From the human T2T-CHM13v2.0 reference genome, Homo sapiens, in assembly GCF_009914755.1 (NCBI RefSeq), contig NC_060937.1: a stretch of DNA of 64,000 bases; one strand, written 5' to 3'. The position numbers and the translations under genes are program-made. Under the pieces are notes generated by a model. That model ran no database searches, was not told the origin of the DNA, and saw only the letters and a program-made list of their open reading frames with translations. Below are positions 30,284-44,058 of this stretch, piece after piece (the first letter of the stretch is position 1; the number at the start of each line of letters is the position of its first letter).

Positions 30284-30356
30284 TTTAGTTTCCCAAAGAG
30301 AAATCCTTGAACTTCATTTGTTTCAGTCTCATCCTCTACAGTAGTATTAGTCACAG
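30284..30356 (-). CDS. UGGT2: UGGT2 coding exon 7 (73 nt): (T)[23 protein letters not shown](K)
   Basis: aaaatgtag|CTGTGACT...AAACTAAA|gtaagt; phase 1 to 2. Confidence 0.95.
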
Positions 30357-30424
30357 CTACATTTTGGAAACAAAACCAAAAAACAACAAAAATATTTTCA
30401 GACTGGGAAAAGAACATGTAATCA

Positions 30425-30739
<315 letters not shown>

Positions 30740-31359
30740 TCACAATGAAATGAAATTCCATTCGTTTTACCTTGTTTTTCCTTCATGGACCAGATTAATA
30801 CATATATATGCATGTGTACAGGCTAACATTCCTAAGTGTGAGCTATCTTTTTTAACATGCTTGATTAAATACTTAGCAACTATAATAAAGTGCTTTATAG
30901 ATTAGTTAATAGTCAAGTTCTATTTCATAATCAGAAATAAGCCAAAAGGCCTGTAACAAATGCTGGGTTTAGCTTTTAAGTGAGGCAGGAGGTCCAAACC
31001 CTAAGTTTAAATATGAGTTCCTACATATTTCCAACACCTTTAAAGATAATCAAGGAACATTTAGAAAGACACCAAAACTCATGGTCTCAAAGAATAAAGA
31101 TATAATATTTTATAGTCATTTCCCTTCTCCCTTACATACCAAATAATTATACTATACAGTCTGGTTGGTGTAATATGTGAAGGGTGCTTTAGGATCATAA
31201 AGACTGTGACCTCTTATAGTGTGTGGGGTGGCTCTCTATCAGAGTTTATCAGAGCTCAGCAATTACGCTTACTCTTTCTTACTTTTCTGAGACTCTGAAT
31301 CTCTAGGACTATAAGTAAAAGCAACCCTGGGTACTTTGATCTAGTCATCCTTTTCCTCT

Positions 31360-32460
<1,101 letters not shown>

Positions 32461-33431
32461 TATGTGACCATCTGACTTTTTAAAGCTAAAAATGCCTTAA
32501 ATTGCTATCGTGACTACAAGAGAGTAAATTATAAAGCATTGTAGAGCTATACACAAGCTATAGAGAAATACATAAAATCAGAGTATTATTTTTACTATAC
32601 TTTTTCAGTAACTCTTTAACCAAAAATATTTAAATTACAGTAATACGATCTTTATCTGAAGCACATTCAGTAGGAGGAGCCAGAGAGAAGTCTGTGATCA
32701 AGGCAGGGCCTCTATATGAAAAAACAAAGTTGAAGCAGGAGCCTCATCTGAGTGCATATAGAGAATAAACATAAAACTCTTGACCAAGAATCAGGCATAA
32801 ATAAATTTGACATGAACCAGGTAATAAAAGACTTCCATAAGTGTTCTGAGAACTTGTTTAGTTTATTTAAGTCTTCAGAGTCTCTTCATCTAGAGTATGC
32901 ATTTAGTTCATAAAATACAGATAGATATTGGTTAGTAGATCACAAATCTAATGAATCTACTTCATCTAAACAATTCATAGGACTCTCTCATCCTGCTTCA
33001 GGATAGAAAAAAAAAAACTACCATCCTAATTTCATTTCAAATAAATATTTCAGACAAAACTTCCTTACATGGGCGAGACCCAGATGCCTATGCCAGTCAC
33101 CTCTAGCAATAATCAGCCTCATCTATTGCCACAGTGTACCTTACATATACTATCAATTGTTACATGGTGCTGAAATGGTTGGGAGCCCATCGGGTATCAG
33201 CAAAATAACATACGATTTCATATTTTTAAAGAAATTTTGATAACCAATAATATTAAATACATTTCTTTCAGCTGAAAATTTAATTCCAAATTTTAATGAA
33301 GAATATGTCCACCCCATCTCTAGCCTCAAATGAACATATGTAGGATTATACTCATTAAATTTTTAAAAAACTAAAGTATGTAAAAGCCTCCAACTTTTCA
33401 TTCTACTCAAGTACTGAGATAGAGAACTTAC

Positions 33432-33528
33432 TTTTAACTTGGGTATCATCCAGTGCTTTGTATTCTGTACTCTTAATTGCTAGCTCCACACCATACCCAG
33501 ATAAGTACATTTTCCGTGAGCTTGGTTT
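33432..33528 (-). CDS. UGGT2: UGGT2 coding exon 6 (97 nt): KPSSRKMYLSGYGVELAIKSTEYKALDDTQVK
   Basis: ttgaacag|AAACCA...GTTAAAA|gtaagt; carries the conserved UGGT motif LSGYGVELAIKSTEYK; phase 0 to 1. Confidence 0.97.
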
Positions 33529-35314
33529 CTGTTCAAACACATTTATTTTATAAAAAGCGAAAAGAGTTAGTCAAACATTTTGTTTTAAAGTCAGTACCAC
33601 GATGTATTTGGACATAAGGGTAAATTACTAATATTGAAGGTTTTTAATCACTCTGAAAAATTTGGGGGTTGTTTATATTGTCTCTAGTCTATCAAGGAAC
33701 TAGAATTTGGTTAATGACTACTCTGTAAAAACTTTGTCATGACTACTGTTTTAATTACTTTTTAATTTTTACAATTAAAATAATAAATATCTGATCTTTT
33801 CCTGTTATAACATGTCTTCAATGAGTTAATTAAACAGAGGATCCAATAACAGACAAGTTTCAACAAAACTGTTTTCCTTTTTGGGGACCCCCAAAAGATT
33901 TGCTAAACCAAAAATCCTCTTCACTTGCTGGTTGTCTAGATGTAGGACTAGAGTGCTGCCAAAAGCAAACACTGGAAAGTAGTGGCAAAGGAGACAAAAA
34001 AAGTTAGTGCCGTGAAATACCTGATAAAAGTTTTCTTTGTTTCTCAATGATTAAAATATACCAAATGCCACAAATTAACATCTGTTCTTGCAATAAGGGG
34101 CTACAGTTCACTAAAACAGAGTGGTCTGAAATGTTTATGATCAGAATTTTAGTACCTTTATTTTATTCTTTCTACAAAGGGCAAATATTAAATGTACTCC
34201 TAGAGATTACCTCATCAAACAAGAGAAGTCACCATATTTTATTCAAAAGGAAGAAACCTGGATGAACACACATAATAGTTTTAAAGTTGTTCCAGCTTCC
34301 AGACTGAAATTCTTGTTGGCTGTACTGCAACCATTATCATTTGGCACATCTCAAGGGGTTAGAAAACAACTTTAACCTAGAGCTCAGCAAACTCCCTGGA
34401 AGAAGCCATGTGTCTTTGCTTAATTCAGGTTTGCACAGGGACAGTTTTGCATGATAGAGGAAAAGGTAGAGATTGGAGGGAAGGAGAACTTTAGTAGTGT
34501 GTTATTCTTTGTATTCTCTTCTTTCCTCCCTAAACTTTCTACCAAGCCTTATTGATATGTATATGGCCAGAGTGACTGTTCTTTGGCCTGTTCTATTTCC
34601 AGGTAAGAATATGTAAAAGTTAGCTTCAGCTATTCAGACAAATACTTAACATTGCTGCCCACACTAAAATTTAATTTGCTAATTTCTCAGGCCCACATTA
34701 TATGAAAGATAGCATGTAGAAACTGGGTTATTTCTAATTACAGTAATCTGACAAAGATGAAAATTTTTTAGAGTTTTCAATTTCATAACAGCTCAATTTA
34801 AAACTACATTTTGAATATCTAGTCAAAAGACCAATCAGTTGGTGGCTAAGTGAATCGAAACTATAAGGCCGTATATCTTGTTATAGTTCATAAAAGAAAT
34901 GCAATTTCACATAGCCAATTTCCATTATCAGTTCTGGAAAGTTATTAGCTCCTCAGTAATAAAAATGTTCCTAAATTCATATTTACTTTCCTCATTTGGA
35001 AGTGTGTTGATATAAAATTTGAATTGTAATTTTGTAGTTTTAGTAAGTTTGGATTTGCAAACCAAACTACCAAATCAACAGGTTAAAAAAAAAAATCTTT
35101 GTTTTTCTATTTCCCCCACAAAAAGGCATATGTTAAAAATGTAGCATAAATATGTCTATTTTTATTAGAATTACATGTTGACTAGATTTACATTATAGTT
35201 ATTTTGAACATAAAAGATGTCATTCATTAAATATAAGGCTATAATTTGATGTTACTAAATGCCCAGATAGTTAATATGATTTCACAGAAGCACACTTAAT
35301 GGTCACATTCTCTA

Positions 35315-35772
35315 TGTCAGGCCTCTGAGCCCAAACCCAAGCCAAGCCATCGCATCCCCTGTGACTTGCACGTATATGCCCAGATGGCCTGAAGTAACTG
35401 AAGAATCACAAAAGAAGTGAAAATGCCCTGCCCCACCTTAACTGATGACATTCCACCACAAAAGAAGTGAAAATGGCCGGTCCTTGCCTTAAATGATGAC
35501 ATTACCTTGTGAAAGTCCTTTTCCTGGCTCATCCTGGCTCAAAAAGCTCCCCCACTGAGTACCTTGCGACCCCCACTCCTGCCCTCCAGAGAACAAACCC
35601 CCTTTGACTGTAATTTTCCTTTACCTGCCCAAATCTTATAAAACGGCCCCACCCCATCTCCCTTCGCTGACTCTCTTTTCGGACTCAGCCCGCCTGCACC
35701 CAGGTGAAATAAACAGCCTTGTTGCTCACACAAAGCCTGTTTGGTGGTCTCTTCACACGGACGCGCATGAAA
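35315..35772 (+). mobile_element. Complete HERV-H solo LTR7 (LTR7up-like), antisense to UGGT2
   Basis: TGTCAGGCCTCTGAGCCC...GGACGCGCATGAAA termini; TATA-like TTATAAAA near 35636; AATAAA at 35708-35713; perfect 5-bp TSD CTCTA at 35310-35314 and 35773-35777. Confidence 0.95.
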
Positions 35773-35874
35773 CTCTAAATAATAACTTGAGACAGATTCT
35801 CACAACAGATGGGCATAGCTCCCCAGGGGCATGTTAGAACCACTTGGGAGAACATTTAAAAAAGACAAACACAG

Positions 35875-36363
35875 ACAATTAACAACAACAAGGTTCATTG
35901 CACAGGTTTACTTACAGATTTTCTTATAAATTTTTACAAGAAACAGATATTTTATAGATATCTACTTTTATAGACAGTTACTTATAGATTTTCTCCCACC
36001 TTGCCACCTGAAACAGCAAGTCCAGCCTCTCCTCTTCCATTTCCTCCTCAGCCTACTCAACATGACTATGAGGATAAAAACCTTTATGATGATCCACTTC
36101 TATTTAATGAAAAATATATTTTCTCTTCCTTATGACTTTCTTAATAACATTACTTATCTAGCTTACTCTACTGTAAGAATTACAGAATAATACATGTGAC
36201 ATGAAAAATATGTGTTAATTGACTGTTTCTGTTATCAGTAAGGCATCCAGTCAACAGTAGGTTATTACTACTTAAGTTTTAGTGGAGTCCAAAGTTATAC
36301 ATATATTTTTTAACAACATGAGGGGTCAGTATCTCTAACTCACACATGCTTAAGGGTAAACTG
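35875..36363. mobile_element. Tigger2a DNA transposon
   Basis: CCTCCTCAGCCTACTCAAC...CCTTTATGATGATCCACTT...AAGGGTAAACTG followed by TA. Confidence 0.75.
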
Positions 36364-36995
36364 TACTTGTATCTCCCACTCCCGTTCCTATTCTCATTTG
36401 CCTCTCAGCTCTGCCTTATCTGACAGAGAATCATAGTCTTAAGGTGCTACTGTTATTGATGGTAATGTATCCATCCTTCTAGCAAACTCAGTTGGGAAAA
36501 ATTGAGAATTCTTGGCATAAGATGATTAGACAATATAAAATGTTTTGAGTGCACACTCTAGACCCATGACTCTCTGTCCTCTTCTTTTATATTTATCTTT
36601 TCTGAAAACACTTTCATCACCATCTAACATAAATCTGTTTTACATCTCTTGCCACTAAAATTGAAGTTCTCTGAGAATAAGGAATGTTTCTCTCTTATTC
36701 ACTGCTACATGAACCAATGCCTGGCACAGAGGCATCCAAATATTTATGAAATTAATGACTTAAATATGTAATCATTTACAAACTGTACACACACCCACAC
36801 TTTCTCTTTACATCTCACTTTACAGATAATCTTTATGTAGATTATGCAAATATCTATATGCCAACACACTCAAGAATATTTAAGATTTTCCACTTTTACT
36901 AAATAGCAATAACTAACTCAAAATTATACAATGAACAATTAAAATTGAGAATGTGAAGAACACTGAGGGAAAAAACACATTTTATATGATGTTAT

Positions 36996-37506
36996 TGTAG
37001 GGCAAGTCCCCAAAAGATCTTGGCAACCCAGCTCTTCCTCGCTTTCTCACTTGTAAATCTCAGAATAACTGTAGAATGATGTGCTGGAAATGCAAGAAAT
37101 ATGAAGGAATTGCCAGTAAAGCCAAGCTCTGTTCCCATAGCTCCTAGAACAGGATGTCTTGCAATGCTTTAGCACAGCTCATCAAGTTGCTCCTAGGTAT
37201 AAAACCCAGGGCAGAGCAGGCTTTCAGAGTTCCTCAGCTGCGGTGCAACATGAATGACGTGCACGTGAGACTCCATCCATCCTGGACAGCTATCCTAAGC
37301 TTTGGGGGATGAGCTTGCCATGAATCCTTAGGTGTCTATTGTCCCTTGCTGCCTGTCTGTGAGTAATAAAGTTGCTTCCCTAAACTTATTGTGTGTTCTG
37401 TCTCACCAGACTCATGCCAGTGGATTGATACTGGTACACAGTATTGGCAAGGTGTTTACAGTCCTCCCCTGGGATTGATACCAGTGCACAGTGAACCTGC
37501 ATCATA
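36996..37506 (+). mobile_element. LTR32-like ERVL solo LTR
   Basis: AGAATAACTGTAGAATG...GGTATAAAACCCAGGGC...CTCAGCTGCGGTGCAA...AGTAATAAAG. Confidence 0.65.
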
Positions 37507-37601
37507 AAATTATCAAATATATAAAACAAAATTAAGATACTGAAATAAGCTACTTATCTTCTATCACCAGTACTAAGCACAGTGCCCAAATTACAGGCAT
37601 T

Positions 37602-38125
37602 TGTGGAAGATTATTATAAAGGCCACAAATGAGTAACTCCTTCCCATGTCCAGACTCCTTTGCAATGTGACCTTGCTACTTCTCACCAGGAAATTGAGTC
37701 TATTTTTCCATTCTTTTGAATCTGGCTGGCCTTGTGACTTGCTTTGACTAACACAAGGTGGCAGAAGTATCACTGTATGAGTTCTTGGGCATAGGGCTTA
37801 AGAGGTATTGCAAGTTCTACTCTTTTCTTTTTGGGACCCTAAGCCATCATGATGTGAAGAATCATAGTCTAACTCTTGGAAGATGAAAGGCCATGTAGAA
37901 AAAGACAAGAAACTCCAGCTATCAGCCTGAACTGCCACACAGGTCTGTCAGAATAATTTGAATCCCCAAGCTCTAATCTAGTACTGAATGACCCTCACTG
38001 CATGAACAATACCAGCAGAAAAAGTGCCCCGACTGTCAACCCACAGAATAAAGAGAAACAGTAAGTCAATATTTCCTTAAGCCACTAAATTTTGAGAAGA
38101 TTTGTTACAAAGCAATTCAGACACA
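37602..38125 (+). mobile_element. MLT1F/G-like LTR
   Basis: GAATCTGGCTGGCCTTGTGACTTGCTTTGAC; TTAAGCCACTAAATTTTG...TTTGTTAC. Confidence 0.7.
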
Positions 38126-38419
38126 GACACAGCATCTAATAAATGTGCATGGAGGAAAGAAAGAAGGAAGAGATGACAGATTCCTCTAACAAATTTCTAA
38201 TTCAAAGAATACCTAGTTTCCTCATAAATAGTAGTAACTTAAGAGATTTTCATCCTCTACAATCATATATTACTGCTTTCAGAAGTTATAAGATAGCTTC
38301 AATCAGCACTAAGAAACTTAAATTTTGGATTCCCCATGTAAGCAGCAAAGCTATCCCCAGGTAAGCAGCAAAGCTATGGTATCTAAGCAACTCTAGGAAA
38401 AAAAAAAAAACATATTTGT

Positions 38420-38990
38420 TTTTAAAATTTTTTATTTTTAATTATTATGGATACAGAAAAGTTGCACATATTTATGGGGTATATGTTATAATTTGATACA
38501 AACATACAAAATGTAATGATCAAATCAGGGTATTTGGGATATCTATCACCTCAAACATTTTATTATTTCTTTGTGTTAGGAACATTCCAATTTTTGAAGT
38601 CAGGGAGACAGAGACTAGAATGATGGTAGTTACCAGAAGATGGAAAAACTAGTGGGGATGTGGGGATTAAGAGGGGATGGTTAATGGGTATAAAAATACA
38701 GTTAGGAAGAATAACATCTAGTGTTCAGCAGCACAATCGAGTGACTATGGTTAATAATTTATTGTTTTAGGGTACATGTGCACAATGTGCAGGTTAGTTA
38801 CATATGTGCAGGTTAGTGTATACATGTGCCATGCTGGTGCGCTGCACCCACTAACTCGTCATCTAGCATTAGGTATATCTCCCAATGCTATCCCTCCCCC
38901 CTCCCCCCAAAGTATAATAATAATAAATGAAAAAAAGAACAGAAAAAAATGTAATAAAACCAAAAAAATAATTTATTGTATGTTTCAAAA
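38420..38990 (-). mobile_element. Short 5'-inverted L1MA-type element hosting a younger L1
   Basis: Minus-strand 3' terminus (38420-38595) abuts a plus-strand upstream 3' UTR piece (38596-38990) that is adjacent in the consensus. Confidence 0.75.
38766..38966 (+). mobile_element. Tiny (about 200 bp) inverted L1PA2-type insertion
   Basis: Reverse-complemented L1 3' UTR followed by sense AAAGTATAATAA and an A-rich tail; 13-bp TSD AATAATTTATTGT at 38753-38765 and 38967-38979. Confidence 0.88.
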
Positions 38991-40562
38991 CAAGGAAAAA
39001 TAATTTTATAAGCATTGTATCCTTATTAAACAGCCACCTAGTTATGACCTCCTCTCTCAGAACTAGAATGTCTCATCTTTCTCTTTCTTCAGTGGACAGA
39101 TATCAGAGGGCCTCAGAATCATATGCTATATATTCCCAACCAATGTGCCAGATCTAACGAAGAAAGATCTCTAGGAGTGACAGCACTTTATTATTTAAAA
39201 GAACACTCCAATTGGTGTTGGGGTAGAGAATGAGACTGATAATGGAAAACAAAATAATCTTCAACTTTATTTTTAAAGTTTTATTACTTCAATTAAAAAA
39301 TAAACTTGAAAAGATAAAATGTTAGCTGTCAATTCTGGGTAGCATATACAAAAAGTTTATTATTTTTAGGCTTTTTGTATTAGAAAATTTTCTGAAGAAA
39401 AAATAAAGCAGAAGGAACGAGAATGATAACAGAAGAAAAAGGCACCTGTGGGAAGGTGAACATTTGAATACCCAGGACAGATACCACCAAATGCTAGTGA
39501 AGCTGGTAAAGATATTTAGCTAGAAATCTATAAAGCTTGCTAAAGGCTAAATGTGGGCTAACGTGAGAGTGTGAAGCCCCTGGTAGCTCCAGACATAGCA
39601 AGGCTGAAACCCTCTTGCACAGGGAAGACTGGGGAAGGTCCTGAGAAAGCTTCCACTCTAATGGTGACAGGTAGAGAGGAAAGAAAAATCACTGCTGAAA
39701 TCCACTTCAGACCTATCTCCCCTATAGAACCAAAGCCTTAATCTTCAGAGGCAAGGGCAACAAAATTGTAGCTATATAGTGTACTGGTGGAAGCCCACTG
39801 AAGACGGGAGAAATGGAACAGATGAAAGTCTTAGTCTGAAGGAAGGACGGGAATACCTGCCAGGCCCAACATTCTGAGAGAGGATCAGAAACCTTGAGGC
39901 CCAAATTTACAGTATGCCTAGAAAGGAAACTTAATTGGAACATCAGAGAATATCCCCTTCCTTAGCTGCCCCCTCACCTTCACCTCAAGGCCAATCTAAC
40001 AAGGGTTGAGTAAAGATAACGCTGAAATACAGGTGGGAAAGCTATAAGAAACACATTGTCTTTGGGGAGCTGTACAAAGGGAAGATCCAAATCTAAGTGG
40101 GGAGACCTAAAGCCAAGTGGAACACAAACGTGAAACCCAACCCAACTCCTGACCAGAACACCTCAATCCTGCATACATGAAAGGCATGGCCTAAACTAAA
40201 GGCAGGGTCAAGGCTCCTACACAAAATGTTGAGCTTTTAATAACAACGAAAATCACAAGATGTCCAAGAAGTCAATGGAACAAAAGTCTGAAGAGACAAA
40301 TCAATCAACAATTTCAAAATCAGATGTAAAAAAGAAGTTGAAACTTTCAGGAGGGAATTTAAAATAATGATTAACATGTTAAATGCTCTAATGAAAAAAG
40401 TAGAACATATGAGTGATCAGAAAGGAAAATTCATCACACATATTAAAACTGTAAGAAGGAGCCAAATGGCAATGATAGAAATTAAAAGCACTGTAACAGA
40501 AATAAAGAATGCCTTCAACAGAGTCACAAGTAAACTTGATATAGCCAAAGAAAGAACTGGCT

Positions 40563-40857
40563 GGCTGGGTGCAGTGGCTCATGCCTGTAATCCCAGCACT
40601 ATGGGAGGCTGAGGTGGATGGATTGCCTGGGGTCAGGAGTTCGAGACCAGCCTGACCAACATGGAGAAACCATGTCTCTACTAAAAATACAAAAACTAGC
40701 CAGGCATGGTGGTGTGTGCCTGTAATCCCAGCTACTTGGGGGCTGAGGCAAGAGAATCGCTTGAACCCAGGAGGCGGAGGCTGCAGTGAGCTGAGATTGC
40801 ACCACTGCACTCAAGACTGGTTGACAGAGCGAGATTCTGCCTCAAAAAAAAAAAAAA
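40563..40857 (+). mobile_element. AluS element
   Basis: Full Alu inside the L1; TSD AAAGAA(C/T)TGG(C/T)T. Confidence 0.9.
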
Positions 40858-43736
40858 GAATTGGTTAACTCCAAGGCAGGTCAATAGAAATTATTCAAAT
40901 TGAATTTAAGAAGAAAATGTAGTAGAGAAAGAAAGGAAAAAATCCAAAAAGCAAACAACAGCAAGAAACTGAGCAGAACACTCAGGAGCTGTGGGATAGT
41001 ACCACACATGGGAAACATCATGAGTGTCTAAAGGGAGAAATATGCCTCAGGACAAAGACAAAGAGGAAAGGCAGGACTGCCATCCCCAGTCTTGGAAATT
41101 CTAACTCTGCTCTGTAACTTGAAGAGGAGAGAACACCTCCAAATTCATTCTAGGAGGCCAGCATTACCTCAATACCAAAACAAGACAAGGACACAACAAA
41201 AAAAGAAAACTATATGCCAATATCACTAATAAACACAGATGTAAAAATCCTCAACAACATATTAGCAAAATGAATTCAGCAACAACTTAAAAAGATCATG
41301 CACCATGATCAAGTGAGATTCATCCCAGGGATACAGGATAGTTCAATATACACAAATCGATAAATGTAATACACCATATTAAAAGAACCAAGAACACAAA
41401 AACCATATGATAATTTAAATATGTGCTGAAAAGGCATTTGACAAAATTCAACATCTCTTTCTGACAAGTCCCTCCCCCCCAACAAACTAGGTATAGAGGG
41501 AACATACCTCAAAATAATTAAGGCCATATATGACAGATCCACAGCTAATATCATATGGAAACAGGGAATAATTGAAAGCCATCCCTCAAAGATCTGGAAC
41601 AAGACAAGAATGCCCCCTTTCACTATTTTTATTCAACATAATACTAGAAGCCTTAGCCAGAGTAATAAGGCAAGAGAAATAAATAAAGGACATCCAAATT
41701 GGAAAGGAAGAAGTAAAATTACCCTGGTTTGCAAACAATATGATCTTATATTAGAAAAACCTAAAGACTCCACCAAAAAACTGTTTGAACCAATAAATGA
41801 ATTCAGTAAAGTTGCAAGATATAAAATCAATATACAAAATTCAGTACTATTTATATACACAAATAGCAAACAACATTCTGAAAATGTTACAACAGTTACA
41901 AATAATATAAAATACCTAGGAATTAATTTAACCAAAAAAGTGAAAGACCTACATTAATACAAAGAAAACTACAACACTGATGAAAGGAATCGAAGAGAAC
42001 ACCAAAAAATGGAAAGATATTCCATGTTCATGGAAGAATTCATATTCAGACAAATGCACCAATGGAACAGAATAGAGAACTCAGATGTAAATCTACACAT
42101 TTGGAACCAACTCATCTTCGACAAACATGCCAGGATCATACACTGGGGAAAGGACAGTCTTTTCAATATGAAAACTGAACAACCATAATGCAGAAGAATG
42201 AAACTAACTAGACCACTATCTCTCACCATATACAAATATCAAATCAAAATTGATTGAAGACTCAAATATAAGACCCAAAACTATGAAACGACTAGAGGAA
42301 AATATTGAAGAAATGCTCCAGGACATTGGTCTGGGCAAAAATGTTTTGTGTGAGACTTCAAAAGCACAGGCAACACAATTAAAAATAGACAAGTGGAGTT
42401 AACATCAAGCTAAAAATCTTCTACACAGCAAAGGAAACAATCAACACAGTGAAGAGCCAATCCACAGAATGGGAGAAAATATTTGACAAATACCCATCTG
42501 ACAAGGGATTAATATCAGAATACATAAGGAACTTAAACATACCCTTTATCACCACTCCTATTCAACATAGTCCTGAAAGTCCTGGCCAGAGCAACCAGGC
42601 AAGAGAAAGAAATAAAAGGCATCCAAATAGGGAAAGAGAAAGCAAACTATACCTGTTTGCAGACAACATGATTCCATATCTAGACAATCCCATAGTCTCT
42701 GCACAAAAGCTCCTTGACCTGATAAACAACTTCAGCAAAGTTTCAGGATACAAAATCAATGTACAAAAATCACTAGCATTTTTATACAGCAACAACATCC
42801 AAACTGGCAGCCAAATCAGGAATGTAATCCCATTTACAATTGCCATAAAAATAAAATACTAATGACCACAACTAACTAGGGAGGTGAATCTCTACAATGA
42901 GAATTATTAATACAAAACACTGCTCAAGGAAATAAGAGATGACACAAACAAATGGAAAAACATTCCAGGCTCACAGGCTGGAAGAATCAATATTGTTAAA
43001 ATAGCCACACTGCCAAAACAATTTACAGATTCAAGGCTATTCCTATCAAACTACCAATGACATTCTTCACAGAATTAGAGAAAGCTATTTTAAATTTTAT
43101 ATGGAACAAAAGAGCCTGAATAGTCAAGGCAATCCTAAGCAAAAAGAACAAAGCTGAAGGCTACAGTAACCAAAACAGCATGGTACTGGCATAAAAACAG
43201 ACATACAGAGCAACAGAACAGAATAGACAGCCCAGAAATAATGTCACACACCTGCAGCCATCTGATTTTTGACAAAGCTGACAAAAGCAAGCAATGGGGA
43301 AAGAACTCCCTATTCAATAAATGGTGCTGGGAAAACTGGCTAGCCATATGCAGAAGACTGAAACTGGACTCCTTCATTATGCCATATAAAAAATCAACTC
43401 AAAATGGATTAAAGCCTTAAATGTGAAGCCTAAAATTATAAAAACCCTCAGAAGATAACCTAGGAAATACCATTCTGGACATGGGCCCTGGCAAAGATTT
43501 CATGACGAAGACACCAAAAGCAATTGCAACAAAAACAAAAATTGACAAATGGGACCTAATTAAACTAAAGAACTTCTGCACAGCAAAAGAAATTATCAAC
43601 AGAGTAAACACGCAACCTACAGAATGGGAGAAAATATTTGCAAACTATGTATCTGACAAAGGTCTAATATCCAGAATCTACAAGGAACTTAAATTTACAA
43701 GCAAAAAATAAACAGCCCCATTAAAAAGTGAGCGAA

Positions 43737-44058
<322 letters not shown>

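Noticed and set aside
35317-35837. Three ORFs over the LTR7
   Set aside because: Chance frames within a non-coding LTR.
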